In this document: piece after piece, positions 19,626 to 29,444 of the stretch
Layout of the letters: the number at the start of each line of letters is the position of its first letter
Numbering within the stretch: position 1 is the stretch's first letter
NCBI GenBank assembly: GCA_965240465.1
Contig: OZ251219.1
Location: 1 to 64,000, forward strand
Length of the DNA stretch: 64,000 nucleotides
Origin: a bacterium
Lineage (GTDB): Bacteria; SAR324; JACQKK01
Direction of reading: 5' to 3'
The notes under the pieces: model-generated
The model's database searches: none
What the model saw: only the letters and a program-made list of their open reading frames with translations
What the model was told of the DNA's origin: nothing
Position numbers and translations under genes: made by a program

Positions 19626-20273
19626 ATCCCCTAGGGAACGGAAACGTTCTATTTGCCATCGCCTTCTAAGGCGGTGGAAGAAGATTTTGGTCTGAGAGCG
19701 GGTCATATCCAGAGCTTTTTTGAGGATGTATTCGGGGTTATTTTTGGATAATTTTTTTACTAAATGAGAACGCATCATAACTTGACCATCCTCAACCCGA
19801 ATTACCTGTCCAATCAGCCAGAGTTCGTTTTGTTTGCTACATGCGGGACATGAAATTTGCTCAAAATGGATTGTGATAAGCAAGTCTACATCTAGGGCTT
19901 TGCCGATTATTTTGGCATTATCATCGTGGGGAAAGCCCGCTAGGGATATGTTTTCAGCTAGTTGTTGCTGAGCTGCTTTGAGTTGTAAATTTTCATTTAG
20001 CTTGGTGATAATTGATGTGCGAGTTAAAAACTGCTGCCAAGGGAGTCCCGCCAGCTGCTTTTCTGATTCTCCAATAACGGTCTCGTGTAATTCGGGTTCG
20101 GTGCCAGGGGGAACTGGAAGTTTGAGTAAGGCAACCCTTTTTGAAAGAAGTGGAAGACGCTCCTTAGGCCTGTAGACAACAGAATCAGAGCAGCTATTAA
20201 AAATCAATAAGACGCCAATCATTGTGCAGGCGATGCCACATGATAAAACTGAAAGCCTCATTGAAAGCCTCAT
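19620..20273 (-). CDS. Hypothetical lipoprotein
   Basis: Hydrophobic N-terminus ending IFNSC; overlaps the mutS stop. Confidence 0.55.
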   Translation of the reverse strand: MRLSMRLSVLSCGIACTMIGVLLIFNSCSDSVVYRPKERLPLLSKRVALLKLPVPPGTEPELHETVIGESEKQLAGLPWQQFLTRTSIITKLNENLQLKAAQQQLAENISLAGFPHDDNAKIIGKALDVDLLITIHFEQISCPACSKQNELWLIGQVIRVEDGQVMMRSHLVKKLSKNNPEYILKKALDMTRSQTKIFFHRLRRRWQIERFRSLGDI

Positions 20274-23059
20274 GGAAGTTTTTCTCTCAGTTTATGGAGC
20301 AAGTTAAGGGCTTCTACAGGAGTGATTTCTTCCACATTTAGCTCTTTGATGGAATCAACGATGGGTTTCAACGATTGCGGTACGGAATTTGTTGCAGCAT
20401 TTGTTTCAGGCATTGATGGAGTTTCTGGCGGTATGGTGTGGTTATCAGTGCGGTTATCGGTGGGAGAAGTTGAAAAGAGCTGAGGTTGCTGGATGGGCTG
20501 TAGCGAAGTAAGTTCTTTTATCACTTGAGAGGCGCGTTTTATGATTTCGGGGGGGAGTCCTGCTAGTTTAGCTACTTGGATTCCGTAGCTACGGTCGCTA
20601 GGTTCTGGAGTTAGTTTATGGGTGAACGCCAATTTTCCTTTTTGTTCATGAACCTTGACCGAGAAGTTAATCAATCTGGGGAGGTGGTTACTGAGAGCAG
20701 TAAGTTCGTGGTAGTGGGTGGCAAACATGGTCAAGGGGCCTGCTTGGTGGAGGTACTCTGCGATTGCCCATGCGATGCTGATGCCATCATAGGTGCTAGT
20801 GCCGCGTCCGATTTCGTCTAGGATAATCAAGCTATTGGGGGAGGCATTGTTGAGGATATTAGCAGTTTCGAGCATTTCCATCATGAAGGTACTTTGTCCG
20901 CGGGCGAGGTTATCGGCAGCACCCACGCGGGTAAAGATGCGATCCATCACGCTTAGACTGGCTGATTTAGCAGGGACGAAGCTACCAGATTGTGCCATCA
21001 GCTGGATGAGGGCTGTTTGTCGCATTACGGTGGATTTGCCTGCCATATTGGGACCAGTGATAAGCATGGTTTGCTGTTTATTTTTACTAAGGTAGATGTC
21101 ATTTGAGATGAAAGGGACTTTCATTTCCAGCACTGGATGCCGACCGCCTTTGATGTCAATAGTGGCAGGATTAAGAGCGAGGATCTGGGGTTTGCAATAT
21201 TGGTTTTGATAAGCTGTTTCTGCTAGGCTGGAGAATAGGTCCAGGGTAGCGATCTGGGAGGCAGTTTTCTGCATTCGTCTTAGGTAGCCCCGAATTACTT
21301 TACGAATGTCCTCAAAGAGTTCTTGTTCCAATTGGCAAGCCTGCTGTTTGGCAGTGAGGATTTTTATTTCCAGTTGTTCCAGTTCATCCAGAGTAAATCG
21401 CTCTGCATTGGCTAGGGTTTGCTTTCTTCTATATTCGCTCGGAGCATGGATAGCTCGGGCTTTGGGCAACTCTATGTAATATCCAAATACCCGATTATAA
21501 CGCACCTTCAAAGATGCAATCCCCGTTCGCTCCCGCTCCTTGCTCTCTAACTGAAGCAATACCTCGTTGCTGTTCTTAGATAATAACCTACGCTCATCCA
21601 GCTCCTTGCTTACTCCATCTGCAATGTAGCCCCCTTCGCTCAGCTTCAAGTGCGGTTGTGAGTGCAGCTTCTTATGTAAATGTTCCTTTACCTCATCCAG
21701 AGGGTCAAAACCTTGGGCTAATCTCACTAAAAGAGCTTCGCCATCCATGATTTCAGAGGGCTCCTTAGAGTCGCTGGTTTTAGTGTCTTTCACTGAAGGC
21801 TCCAACATGCATTCTAGCTCCTCACCCAAGCCTGTTAGCCCGTCCAGAGAATCTCGCAGAGCAACCATATCTGCTACTCCAGACTGCAAAGATCCCGTCC
21901 TAGCGATCGTCCGTTCTAAATCTTTCACCAGACTAAAACACTCCCGCAAGCGATGTCGTACATCGGCATTTTTCATCAAGTATTGAACCGCATCTAGCCT
22001 CTTCTCAATGCGAACCGCACTCAGCAAAGGATAGGTCAACCACCGACGCAACATCCTTGAACCCATAGGCGTACAACAGCAATTCAACACCGTAAATAGG
22101 CTATCCTTGCCGAATACCTCCAAATGACGCAAAGATAACTCATCCAAACGCATCTGCTCGCTATCACGCCTGATCCGTGGACGATGCAAATGCAACAAAT
22201 CGTGCTTGATATGCTCCAAATAATCCAGCAAACCACCCGTAGCTCGCAAAGCCAACTTCAAATCACTCAAACCAAATCCATCCAAACCCCGCACCTCATA
22301 CAACTCCTCCAAACGCTTTGACGCCCATACAGCATCAAATGCCTCCCATGGACGCTCATCCAAACGCATCGCCATCCCCTCTGCCGATAACTTATTCAAT
22401 ACCCCACGAATAACAGCATGAGTAACAGCGTGAGTAACAGCACCATCCTCGCTCACCTTAGGCAACAATACCTCCCTCGGACGCTCTACCTCGCATAACT
22501 CCGTCAAACGCTTAGCTATCTCTTCTGTAGCACCACCCCATTGAAAAAACTCCCACCGACCCGTAGTCACATCCGCTAGCGTACCCCCCAAATCGCCTCC
22601 TCTATCCAACCACAAAGATAATATGTAATGACCACGACCACCTTCGCCATCCCCAAATAACAACGTCCCCGGCGTAGCTACCCGAACTACCTTACGCTCC
22701 ACCAACTTGCCCGATACTGGCGGCTCCATCTGATCCACCACTGCCACCTTGTAACCCTGCTCCACCAACTTATTCACATACTGCTCATATGCATTACACG
22801 GAACCCCGCACATCGCCAAACGACCCCCATCACCCTTATTCTGACGCGAAGTCAAGGCTATCCCCAACGCCTCAGCTCCCAACTCTGCATCCTCCCCAAA
22901 CATCTCGTAAAAATCCCCCGCTTGAAAAAATAATAAACAATCCAACAAACCACGCTTCAAATCATTAAACTGACGCATCATCGGAGTTGACGCATTCACC
23001 ATCCCACCAGCCCGCTTCTTTAACGATGAACCCCGCTCTGCAGAAATCCCAGCAACCAT
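20270..23059 (-). CDS. mutS: DNA mismatch repair protein MutS
   Basis: TPMMRQ, GDFYEMF, ITGPNMAGKST, GQSTFM, DEIGRGTST, FATHYHEL, SYGIQVA. Confidence 0.97.
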   Translation of the reverse strand: MVAGISAERGSSLKKRAGGMVNASTPMMRQFNDLKRGLLDCLLFFQAGDFYEMFGEDAELGAEALGIALTSRQNKGDGGRLAMCGVPCNAYEQYVNKLVEQGYKVAVVDQMEPPVSGKLVERKVVRVATPGTLLFGDGEGGRGHYILSLWLDRGGDLGGTLADVTTGRWEFFQWGGATEEIAKRLTELCEVERPREVLLPKVSEDGAVTHAVTHAVIRGVLNKLSAEGMAMRLDERPWEAFDAVWASKRLEELYEVRGLDGFGLSDLKLALRATGGLLDYLEHIKHDLLHLHRPRIRRDSEQMRLDELSLRHLEVFGKDSLFTVLNCCCTPMGSRMLRRWLTYPLLSAVRIEKRLDAVQYLMKNADVRHRLRECFSLVKDLERTIARTGSLQSGVADMVALRDSLDGLTGLGEELECMLEPSVKDTKTSDSKEPSEIMDGEALLVRLAQGFDPLDEVKEHLHKKLHSQPHLKLSEGGYIADGVSKELDERRLLSKNSNEVLLQLESKERERTGIASLKVRYNRVFGYYIELPKARAIHAPSEYRRKQTLANAERFTLDELEQLEIKILTAKQQACQLEQELFEDIRKVIRGYLRRMQKTASQIATLDLFSSLAETAYQNQYCKPQILALNPATIDIKGGRHPVLEMKVPFISNDIYLSKNKQQTMLITGPNMAGKSTVMRQTALIQLMAQSGSFVPAKSASLSVMDRIFTRVGAADNLARGQSTFMMEMLETANILNNASPNSLIILDEIGRGTSTYDGISIAWAIAEYLHQAGPLTMFATHYHELTALSNHLPRLINFSVKVHEQKGKLAFTHKLTPEPSDRSYGIQVAKLAGLPPEIIKRASQVIKELTSLQPIQQPQLFSTSPTDNRTDNHTIPPETPSMPETNAATNSVPQSLKPIVDSIKELNVEEITPVEALNLLHKLREKLP

Positions 23060-23275
23060 GTCCTTTGATTATTTCTTATGAGGGTAAAATAGATTGAAAT
23101 CTCAAAATCTTTCACCCCAATCATACTGCAATTAACCATAAAAGAGGTACTCACTGCACCTCCTAAAATAACTAAATCTTTTTGCCTTGATACTTATTCA
23201 TGTTAAAGTGAGTTGCTTTGTTAAAGTAGATGCTACCGCGTAAATCTCGCTATACTCAGCTTGAGAACCATAACC

Positions 23276-23479
23276 ATGATCAAAGTAACAGGCACTAGCA
23301 CAGATGGACACACCTGGACCTTCTATACCGACTCCGCTGATGAATGGCGGTGGCGAAGAACTACTGCTGATGGAAAAACCATCTGGGCGGCCACTGAAGG
23401 TTATAAAAGCTTCTCCGACTGCTATGACAACGCACTCCTCCCCGCATATGATGGCCCATGTCCTAAAATGTCGTCCTAA
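23276..23479 (+). CDS. YegP/DUF1508-like small protein
   Basis: FYTDSADEWRWR...ADGKTI...EGY pattern. Confidence 0.6.
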   Translation: MIKVTGTSTDGHTWTFYTDSADEWRWRRTTADGKTIWAATEGYKSFSDCYDNALLPAYDGPCPKMSS

Positions 23480-23486
23480 AATGTCG

Positions 23487-23589
23487 TCCCAGAATGTCGC
23501 AGACTAACCCACCCCTTCCAAATCCACTTCTGCCACCTCTTGCAAGCACTGCTGAGTTTCAATCGCGGTCTGGCAAACTCGCTTGATTA
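23487..23589. repeat. 103-bp direct repeat, left copy
   Basis: Identical to 24683..24785 by manual comparison. Confidence 0.93.
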
Positions 23590-23629
23590 AAATGTTTATT
23601 CATGTTACAATCAGCCAGACCGCTTTTCT

Positions 23630-23791
23630 AAATCAATCTACCATTCCAGTAGCAAGCACAGATGACATGTAAATGAGTTCGCTTTTAGGTTGAATGATGG
23701 TAGTGTGAGGCGGTGTGTGCTTGAGCGTATTGACAGCTTACTTGAAAGGATTGTTGGCAAGCGACTAACACATAGGAGGATGGTACAATAA
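23630..23791 (+). pseudogene. IS1595-family transposase C-terminal remnant #1
   Basis: KSIYHSSSKHR*HVNEFAFRLNDGSVRRCVLERIDSLLERIVGKRLTHRRMVQ*; resembles YH..S.KHL.RY.NEF.FR.N...GKRLTY..L. Confidence 0.75.
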
Positions 23792-23807
23792 TAAAGAAAG
23801 GCAGTAA

Positions 23808-24305
23808 ATGGATACACAAAAATCAAAACAAAGAGAGTATAGCCCAGGCTGCATAGCCAACTATTTTATTGCAAATTGTAAAAAACCAACTAATTTAAAA
23901 CTAAATAAGTTGTCTTATATTTCTTATGGTCTTGCTCTTGCTCTTTATGACATAGAAATCTTTCAAGAAGCTATACAGGCTTGGAAATTAGGTCCTGTAA
24001 TTCCTTCCATATACCATGAATTTAAGTCATATGGCACTTCTACCATTACCATAGACAAACTATCTTACAGCTATAGCTATCTAGATGATGAAAAAGTTTA
24101 TTTCAAAATAGATAATGATGATAAAAAAGTAGAAGGTGTTTTAAAAAAAGTAATAGAAAACTATGATGATATGCCTATATCAGCACTGATAGCAAGAACG
24201 CATGAGGAAGGTACTCCCTGGTATGAATCTTATGTAGAAGGTGTCAGCAATAAAATAATACATAAGGAATGTATAAAAAAATATTATGCTAAACTCTTGA
24301 AATAG
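23808..24305 (+). CDS. Panacea-domain (DUF4065/SocA/GepA) antitoxin
   Basis: IANYFI, TNLKLNKLSY, IQAWKLGPVIPSIYHEFK, LIARTHEEGTPW. Confidence 0.88.
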   Translation: MDTQKSKQREYSPGCIANYFIANCKKPTNLKLNKLSYISYGLALALYDIEIFQEAIQAWKLGPVIPSIYHEFKSYGTSTITIDKLSYSYSYLDDEKVYFKIDNDDKKVEGVLKKVIENYDDMPISALIARTHEEGTPWYESYVEGVSNKIIHKECIKKYYAKLLK

Positions 24306-24311
24306 GTTTTT

Positions 24312-24638
24312 ATGGAATCGCAAGAAACAGAAGGAAAAATACAATTCGTAAGTAAAGAAAGTAGTAAAGGAAATGGAGTTGAAGGTATAGATTGGGAAAG
24401 ACAGAGACAAGAAGATACCAATAAACAAAGGAATGTGTTTTTTCTCTTTTCTGTTAAAATTGTGTGCTTTTGGATGCTTTTTTTAGCTTTACTTTCTGCG
24501 GTACAGATGATGGTTCCTATATTTATTTGTGAATTTGAAGGACTTTCTGATATTAAATTCGGATTTGTTTTTGGAACGGCTACAATCAGTATACTGGGGC
24601 TTTTGCATACAATTGGCAGGTCAATCTTTAGAAAATAA
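24312..24638 (+). CDS. Two-TM protein, putative toxin partner of Panacea
   Basis: 6 bp downstream of the antitoxin; charged N-terminus then two hydrophobic helices. Confidence 0.55.
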   Translation: MESQETEGKIQFVSKESSKGNGVEGIDWERQRQEDTNKQRNVFFLFSVKIVCFWMLFLALLSAVQMMVPIFICEFEGLSDIKFGFVFGTATISILGLLHTIGRSIFRK

Positions 24639-24682
24639 ACACTTAAAAACCCTTGTCAAAAAGGGTACATGACCCATTTTTA

Positions 24683-24785
24683 TCCCAGAATGTCGCAGAC
24701 TAACCCACCCCTTCCAAATCCACTTCTGCCACCTCTTGCAAGCACTGCTGAGTTTCAATCGCGGTCTGGCAAACTCGCTTGATTA
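24683..24785. repeat. 103-bp direct repeat, right copy (3' end of Type ISP fragment plus 17 nt)
   Basis: Identical to 23487..23589. Confidence 0.93.
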
Positions 24786-24978
24786 GGCGTACGTTTTCTT
24801 CGGGGTTTTGGTTGGGATCGTTCACTATCCCGCTGGGTTTATCGGTTTTTACTCGTAGGCTATCAACCACCCAATCCAAGGCACTGCGATTACCCAGCTT
24901 CCAATCGTGTACGCGGGCGGGGATGCCTGTCAGGGTTAGACACTTGTTCACTTGCATTTGGTATTTTTTGTGATACAC
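24700..24978 (-). pseudogene. C-terminal fragment of Type ISP-like R-M enzyme
   Basis: LTLTGIP...WKLGNRSALDWVVD...KTDKPSGIVNDPN...LIKRV...ET, typical Type ISP C-terminus. Confidence 0.8.
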
Positions 24979-25108
24979 TGGCCACGCGTTTCATAACCCT
25001 TGTCATATAGGATGTGAATAGCGTGAGCAATGCACCTTTTTTAGGTTCTAACGGGGATAAAGTGACACTCACTTTTTTGGATCGTCACAGATGGACCTTT
25101 TGTACTGA

Positions 25109-25204
25109 CTCTCTCGTGAAATAGACACTATTGGTAGGATTAGAAATGTAGTATTGAATATGAGTGGTAAAAGATTGAGTTACAGAGAATTGATAAATGG
25201 ATAG
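25109..25204 (+). pseudogene. IS1595-family transposase C-terminal remnant #2
   Basis: LSREIDTIGRIRNVVLNMSGKRLSYRELING*; its last codons overlap the ATG of the R-M gene. Confidence 0.65.
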
Positions 25205-27671
25205 TGTAGACAAAATTATTGAAAATGGTGTAAAAACCAAATTATTATCTATTGATCTTGATGAAGACAATATAGTCTACGAAATTCAAAATAAAATATA
25301 TAAGTTTTCTAACCCAGAAGAAAAAGTAAGGGCTATTACTTATATTAATTTAGTTGAAAAATATAATTATTCTCCCTATTTAATTGATTTTGAAGTTCCT
25401 GTACCTAGAAGAACACCCAATGATTTGGCAGATATTGTTGTATATAAGGATGATAAAAAGACACAAAACTATTTAGTGGTTGAAAATAAGAAAAGAAATA
25501 TTAGTGATACTGAATTTAATCAAGCAATAGAACAGGGTTTTGGTAATGCTAATAGTTTAAGAGCAGAATATTTATTAGTTTCTAATTTAGATAATTTTAA
25601 ATGTTATGATGTTCAAAATTTTGCTCCAAATGAAAGATTAGATAATCAAATACAAGATATACCAATTAATTATGGATCAGTACCTGAATACAAATATATA
25701 AAAAATCAAAGTGCTCTGGAGATAGTATCTTTTGAAAAATTATCTAAAGTATTCAAGAAATGTCACGATATTATTTGGTCTGGTGGCAAATTAGACCCTT
25801 CTTCTGCTTTTGATGAAATGAGCAAAATTTTATTTGCTAAAATTCAAGATGAAAGAAATACCAAAAACAATGAAGCATATAAACTTCAGGTTGGTACATA
25901 CGAGAATGAAGTAGTAGTATCTCATAGAGTGTTAGAACTTTATCAAGATGCCCAAAAACTTGACCCTGCTGTATTCTGTGAAGGTATTAATGTAACATAC
26001 CCAAAAATATTTCAAGTTGTAAAATTATTACAAAATATTTCTTTAAGTGAAACTGATATTGATGCCAAAGGACAAGCATTTGAAAAATTCTTGGGAGTGG
26101 TTTTTAGAGGTGGTTTAGGTCAATATTTTACAAGAAGACAAATAGTAGAATTTGTTGTAGATTTTTTAGAACCATCAGATGGCGACTATATATTAGACCC
26201 CAGTTGTGGCAGTGGTGGTTTCTTATTATATAGTTTAAAAAAAGTAATAGAACAAATTAAAAATGATCATAAGGGAGATAACGATTTAATAGCAAGAAAA
26301 ACACAAAACTTCTCTAATCAAAATATTTATGGTATAGAAATCAATGACAAGATTTCAAGAGTTTCTAAAATGGATATGGTTATAAATGGTGATGGTCATA
26401 CTAATATTGAAAACAATACAGGACTAAATAATATTTATCAAAATCCAAATATACACTACGGTAAATTCTCTCTTATATTAAGCAATCCACCTTTTGGGGT
26501 AAAAATAAAAAAGGGCAATAGAGATGATTTAGGTAATAATGATTTTAATAATTTTGAATTTGGAAAAGGTAAAAGTGTAGATTCTGATATTCTGTTTCTG
26601 GAACAATATCATAAATTCTTAACGAGTGAAGCAAGAAAAAAACCTAGACTTGGAGTAGTTGTTCAGACTGGAATAATTAATAATCCAAGTAATAAAAGAT
26701 TACTTGAGTGGATAAAGTGTAATTTTAAAATTATAGGAATAATTAATCTTCCTATATTTTCTTTTAGAAAAGCTGGTTCAGGTATGAAAACTGTTTTGTT
26801 ATTCCTGTCTAAATACCCAAAGCCTTATAAATCAATAAAATATGTTCCTAATTATGAATTATTTTTTTCTATAGCAGAGCATATTGGATATGATAGCACT
26901 TTAAGAGATGATACTAATGATTTACCATGCATATTAAAAGAATATAAACAACATATTAATTCAAAAAATAGTTTCTGGTATGAATTTAAAAATTTAGAAT
27001 ATAGGATAGACCCTATTTATTACAAAAATAAGCAATTAATATCAAAACAAATTAACGAATTTAAAAAACATAATATAAAAGTTGTAAGACTATCAAATAT
27101 TTTAGCGGATGGTGAGGTATCTGGCAAATCTCCAGAAGGTGGTGTTACTAGAAGCACAGGTGAAATTCCAAGTATAACAATTAGTAACATAACAAAAGAA
27201 GGAAATATTAGTTTTGATGACGATATAAATTTTGTACCAGAAGCATTTTATGAGAATTTTAACAAAATAAAAGGAAAAGCAAAAATAGGAGATATTTTAA
27301 TTGCCAAAGATGGTGCTACCACAGGAAAAACTGCTATGATAACTGAAGACTATTTAGAAACTATTTTTAGTGAACATGTATTTAGATTAAGGGTTTGTAG
27401 CAATATATCATCATCTTATATACACGCATTTTTGAATAGTAAATTGGGTCAATTACAAATAGAGACTGTTATTTCAGGTGGTGCTCAAGGTGGGATTACC
27501 AAAGGATTTTCAGAAAATATTTTTATACCTTTAATTAAAAACCAAGATAATATTGCAAAATATTGGGAAGAAAATATCACTATTATTGAAGAACTAAAGA
27601 AAGAATATACTGGAAAAACTGATGAATTAAAAAATGGCATTGTAGAAAAAATTATTATGGAGTCAAATTAA
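25197..27671 (+). CDS. Fused restriction-modification protein: HsdR-N-like nuclease + N6-adenine MTase + single TRD (Type IIG-like)
   Basis: PEEKVR...ADIVVY...VENKK; GQYFTRR, LDPSCGSGGFL, NPPFG; GDILIAKDGATTGK...GGAQ; very AT-rich. Confidence 0.85.
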   Translation: MDSVDKIIENGVKTKLLSIDLDEDNIVYEIQNKIYKFSNPEEKVRAITYINLVEKYNYSPYLIDFEVPVPRRTPNDLADIVVYKDDKKTQNYLVVENKKRNISDTEFNQAIEQGFGNANSLRAEYLLVSNLDNFKCYDVQNFAPNERLDNQIQDIPINYGSVPEYKYIKNQSALEIVSFEKLSKVFKKCHDIIWSGGKLDPSSAFDEMSKILFAKIQDERNTKNNEAYKLQVGTYENEVVVSHRVLELYQDAQKLDPAVFCEGINVTYPKIFQVVKLLQNISLSETDIDAKGQAFEKFLGVVFRGGLGQYFTRRQIVEFVVDFLEPSDGDYILDPSCGSGGFLLYSLKKVIEQIKNDHKGDNDLIARKTQNFSNQNIYGIEINDKISRVSKMDMVINGDGHTNIENNTGLNNIYQNPNIHYGKFSLILSNPPFGVKIKKGNRDDLGNNDFNNFEFGKGKSVDSDILFLEQYHKFLTSEARKKPRLGVVVQTGIINNPSNKRLLEWIKCNFKIIGIINLPIFSFRKAGSGMKTVLLFLSKYPKPYKSIKYVPNYELFFSIAEHIGYDSTLRDDTNDLPCILKEYKQHINSKNSFWYEFKNLEYRIDPIYYKNKQLISKQINEFKKHNIKVVRLSNILADGEVSGKSPEGGVTRSTGEIPSITISNITKEGNISFDDDINFVPEAFYENFNKIKGKAKIGDILIAKDGATTGKTAMITEDYLETIFSEHVFRLRVCSNISSSYIHAFLNSKLGQLQIETVISGGAQGGITKGFSENIFIPLIKNQDNIAKYWEENITIIEELKKEYTGKTDELKNGIVEKIIMESN

Positions 27672-27972
27672 AATGACAGGGATAGCCTAGTTTGAATTTT
27701 TTATCAATTTCGTCTTTGAGATTATCTTTATCGTCTTTGGCTTCCCAGTAGAAGTGCAATTCACCTGCTTGGATGGTGGCATCGGGTATTTTATTATTGG
27801 GTAGGGGTTTTTCCACCACAAATTTCCAGCCTCTTTGCTTGCAGCAGTAGGACAACAATTCTTTCATGGGTTCACGAGTGCTTAGTTCATTTGGATTATC
27901 TTCTAGCAGCGATTGTAGGTGTGGGTAGTAGTGATCTACAATACGCGTTTGGGTGGGTTTAAGTGTTGGCAT
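27655..27972 (-). pseudogene. N-terminal fragment of Type ISP-like/IIG R-M enzyme (PD-(D/E)xK)
   Basis: NELSTR...LL...W....E...IPDAT...YWEAKDDKDNL..EI.KKF..GYP, then sequence derails at the insert. Confidence 0.7.
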
Positions 27973-27974
27973 CG

Positions 27975-29444
27975 CTAGTCATTATGGAAGAGGGGAGGGA
28001 ATTTCACTGAGTCGCTGGGTTTGGGGATGAAGGATGGTGTATTGAGACCTAAGCCGAGTTGTTTGCTAGAGTTTTCTCCCCAGCAGAAGACATTATTTTG
28101 GCGAGACATAAGGCAAGTATGATGGCTAGCATCTGCGGCAGCTATTATTTCTGGCAATATAACGTGCTGGGCTGGTCTTCTGATATTGGTGGTGTTATTG
28201 ACTCCGAGTTGTCCTGAGTTATTTTCTCCCCAGCAGTCTAGTTCTAGTGTAGCGAGTATGCAAGTGTAGTTGTTGCCAGCGATTGCCTTAGTGACAAACG
28301 TTCGTGAAGCAACTGCGGCGGTGGGTCTGGCACAGATGGAGTTTGAGCAATTTGAGGGGGGTGGTTCATAAATGCCGAGTTGTCCATAGGAGTTATCACC
28401 CCAGCAATGGATTTCCTTGGCTTCGCTAATGAGGCAAGCATGTTGCCCTCCTGCGAGCAACGCGCCTGGGGGTTTATACCATTGGATAGGGGCAGGACTA
28501 CCTGTTTTACTGATGTAATTACGTCCTAGTTGTCCTTCGGCATTGCGTCCCCAGCAGTGGATGCTATGAAGAAGCATCGCGCAAGAGAATCCTTGCCCAG
28601 TGGCGATACTCAGAGCAGGTGCAGACAGCACAACTAAATGCGAGATACGCCTGCTAGGGTGTACGCCTAGTTGTCCGTAGCGATTATCTCCCCAGCATTG
28701 GATGGTACCGTTATCCAGCAGAGCACATGTATGGGCTCCTGCCGCGGAGATTTCGGTAGCCTTGTCTTCCAGCGAGATTGTTATCGGTTGGCTGCAATGG
28801 CTAGGGTCTTCACATTCGGTGCCTGATGCTAACCCTAGCTGTCCGAAGGAGTTATCGCCCCAACATTGAACAACACCATCATCCAGCAGAGCACATGTGT
28901 GTGAAATCCCTGCCGATACCGATTGTGCTAACTGGCTGAGCCTAACAGGTCTGGTAGGCACTGAAAAAAGGCAGGTTTCCTTATCGTCACTACTGGAGAT
29001 CTCGCAAGGCAGAGCAGTATCGGGCTTGATGCCTGATTCTCCTACGAGGTTGCCTCCCCAGCAATATACATCGCCCCGAGAATGTAGCGTACAAGTGTGT
29101 CCGACTCCCACTGCGATACCTGCAGAGCCTCTTCTCCGCCTGTTTTGACCTTGCAATACGAGAGCTTGAATTCTTGCATTTTCCCGCGCAACAGCAGTAG
29201 CAACAGCAGCAGCAGCAACAGCAGTAGCAACAGTAGTGGCTTCTTTTTGCTCTGCGGTTTTAGGTGGCTTGATTGAGGTTGATTTTTCAGGAGTACAGCT
29301 TGCTGTAGTTCCTATTAAGAGAACACACCAAACCGTTAACAAAATGTTCCTGTGAATAATCACCAATTTGTAACACTCAACAACTATTCTTCGGAATTTC
29401 TCATTGCTGGGAATTCTTTTGCCAGAATGTCCCACTAGTCGCAA
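27975..29444 (-). CDS. RCC1/BLIP-II repeat lipoprotein (start uncertain)
   Basis: Repeated HTCAL..G.V.CWGDN..GQLG; TTASC lipobox-like. Confidence 0.85.
   Translation of the reverse strand: MRLVGHSGKRIPSNEKFRRIVVECYKLVIIHRNILLTVWCVLLIGTTASCTPEKSTSIKPPKTAEQKEATTVATAVAAAAVATAVARENARIQALVLQGQNRRRRGSAGIAVGVGHTCTLHSRGDVYCWGGNLVGESGIKPDTALPCEISSSDDKETCLFSVPTRPVRLSQLAQSVSAGISHTCALLDDGVVQCWGDNSFGQLGLASGTECEDPSHCSQPITISLEDKATEISAAGAHTCALLDNGTIQCWGDNRYGQLGVHPSRRISHLVVLSAPALSIATGQGFSCAMLLHSIHCWGRNAEGQLGRNYISKTGSPAPIQWYKPPGALLAGGQHACLISEAKEIHCWGDNSYGQLGIYEPPPSNCSNSICARPTAAVASRTFVTKAIAGNNYTCILATLELDCWGENNSGQLGVNNTTNIRRPAQHVILPEIIAAADASHHTCLMSRQNNVFCWGENSSKQLGLGLNTPSFIPKPSDSVKFPPLFHND

Noticed and set aside
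23194-23607. 12-bp repeat TTATTCATGTTA as dif/Xer-like sites
   Set aside because: No convincing XerC arm or 28-bp structure; AT-rich match.
23487-24785. Diversity-generating retroelement TR/VR pair
   Set aside because: The copies are identical (no adenine-specific mismatches) and no reverse transcriptase is in the window.
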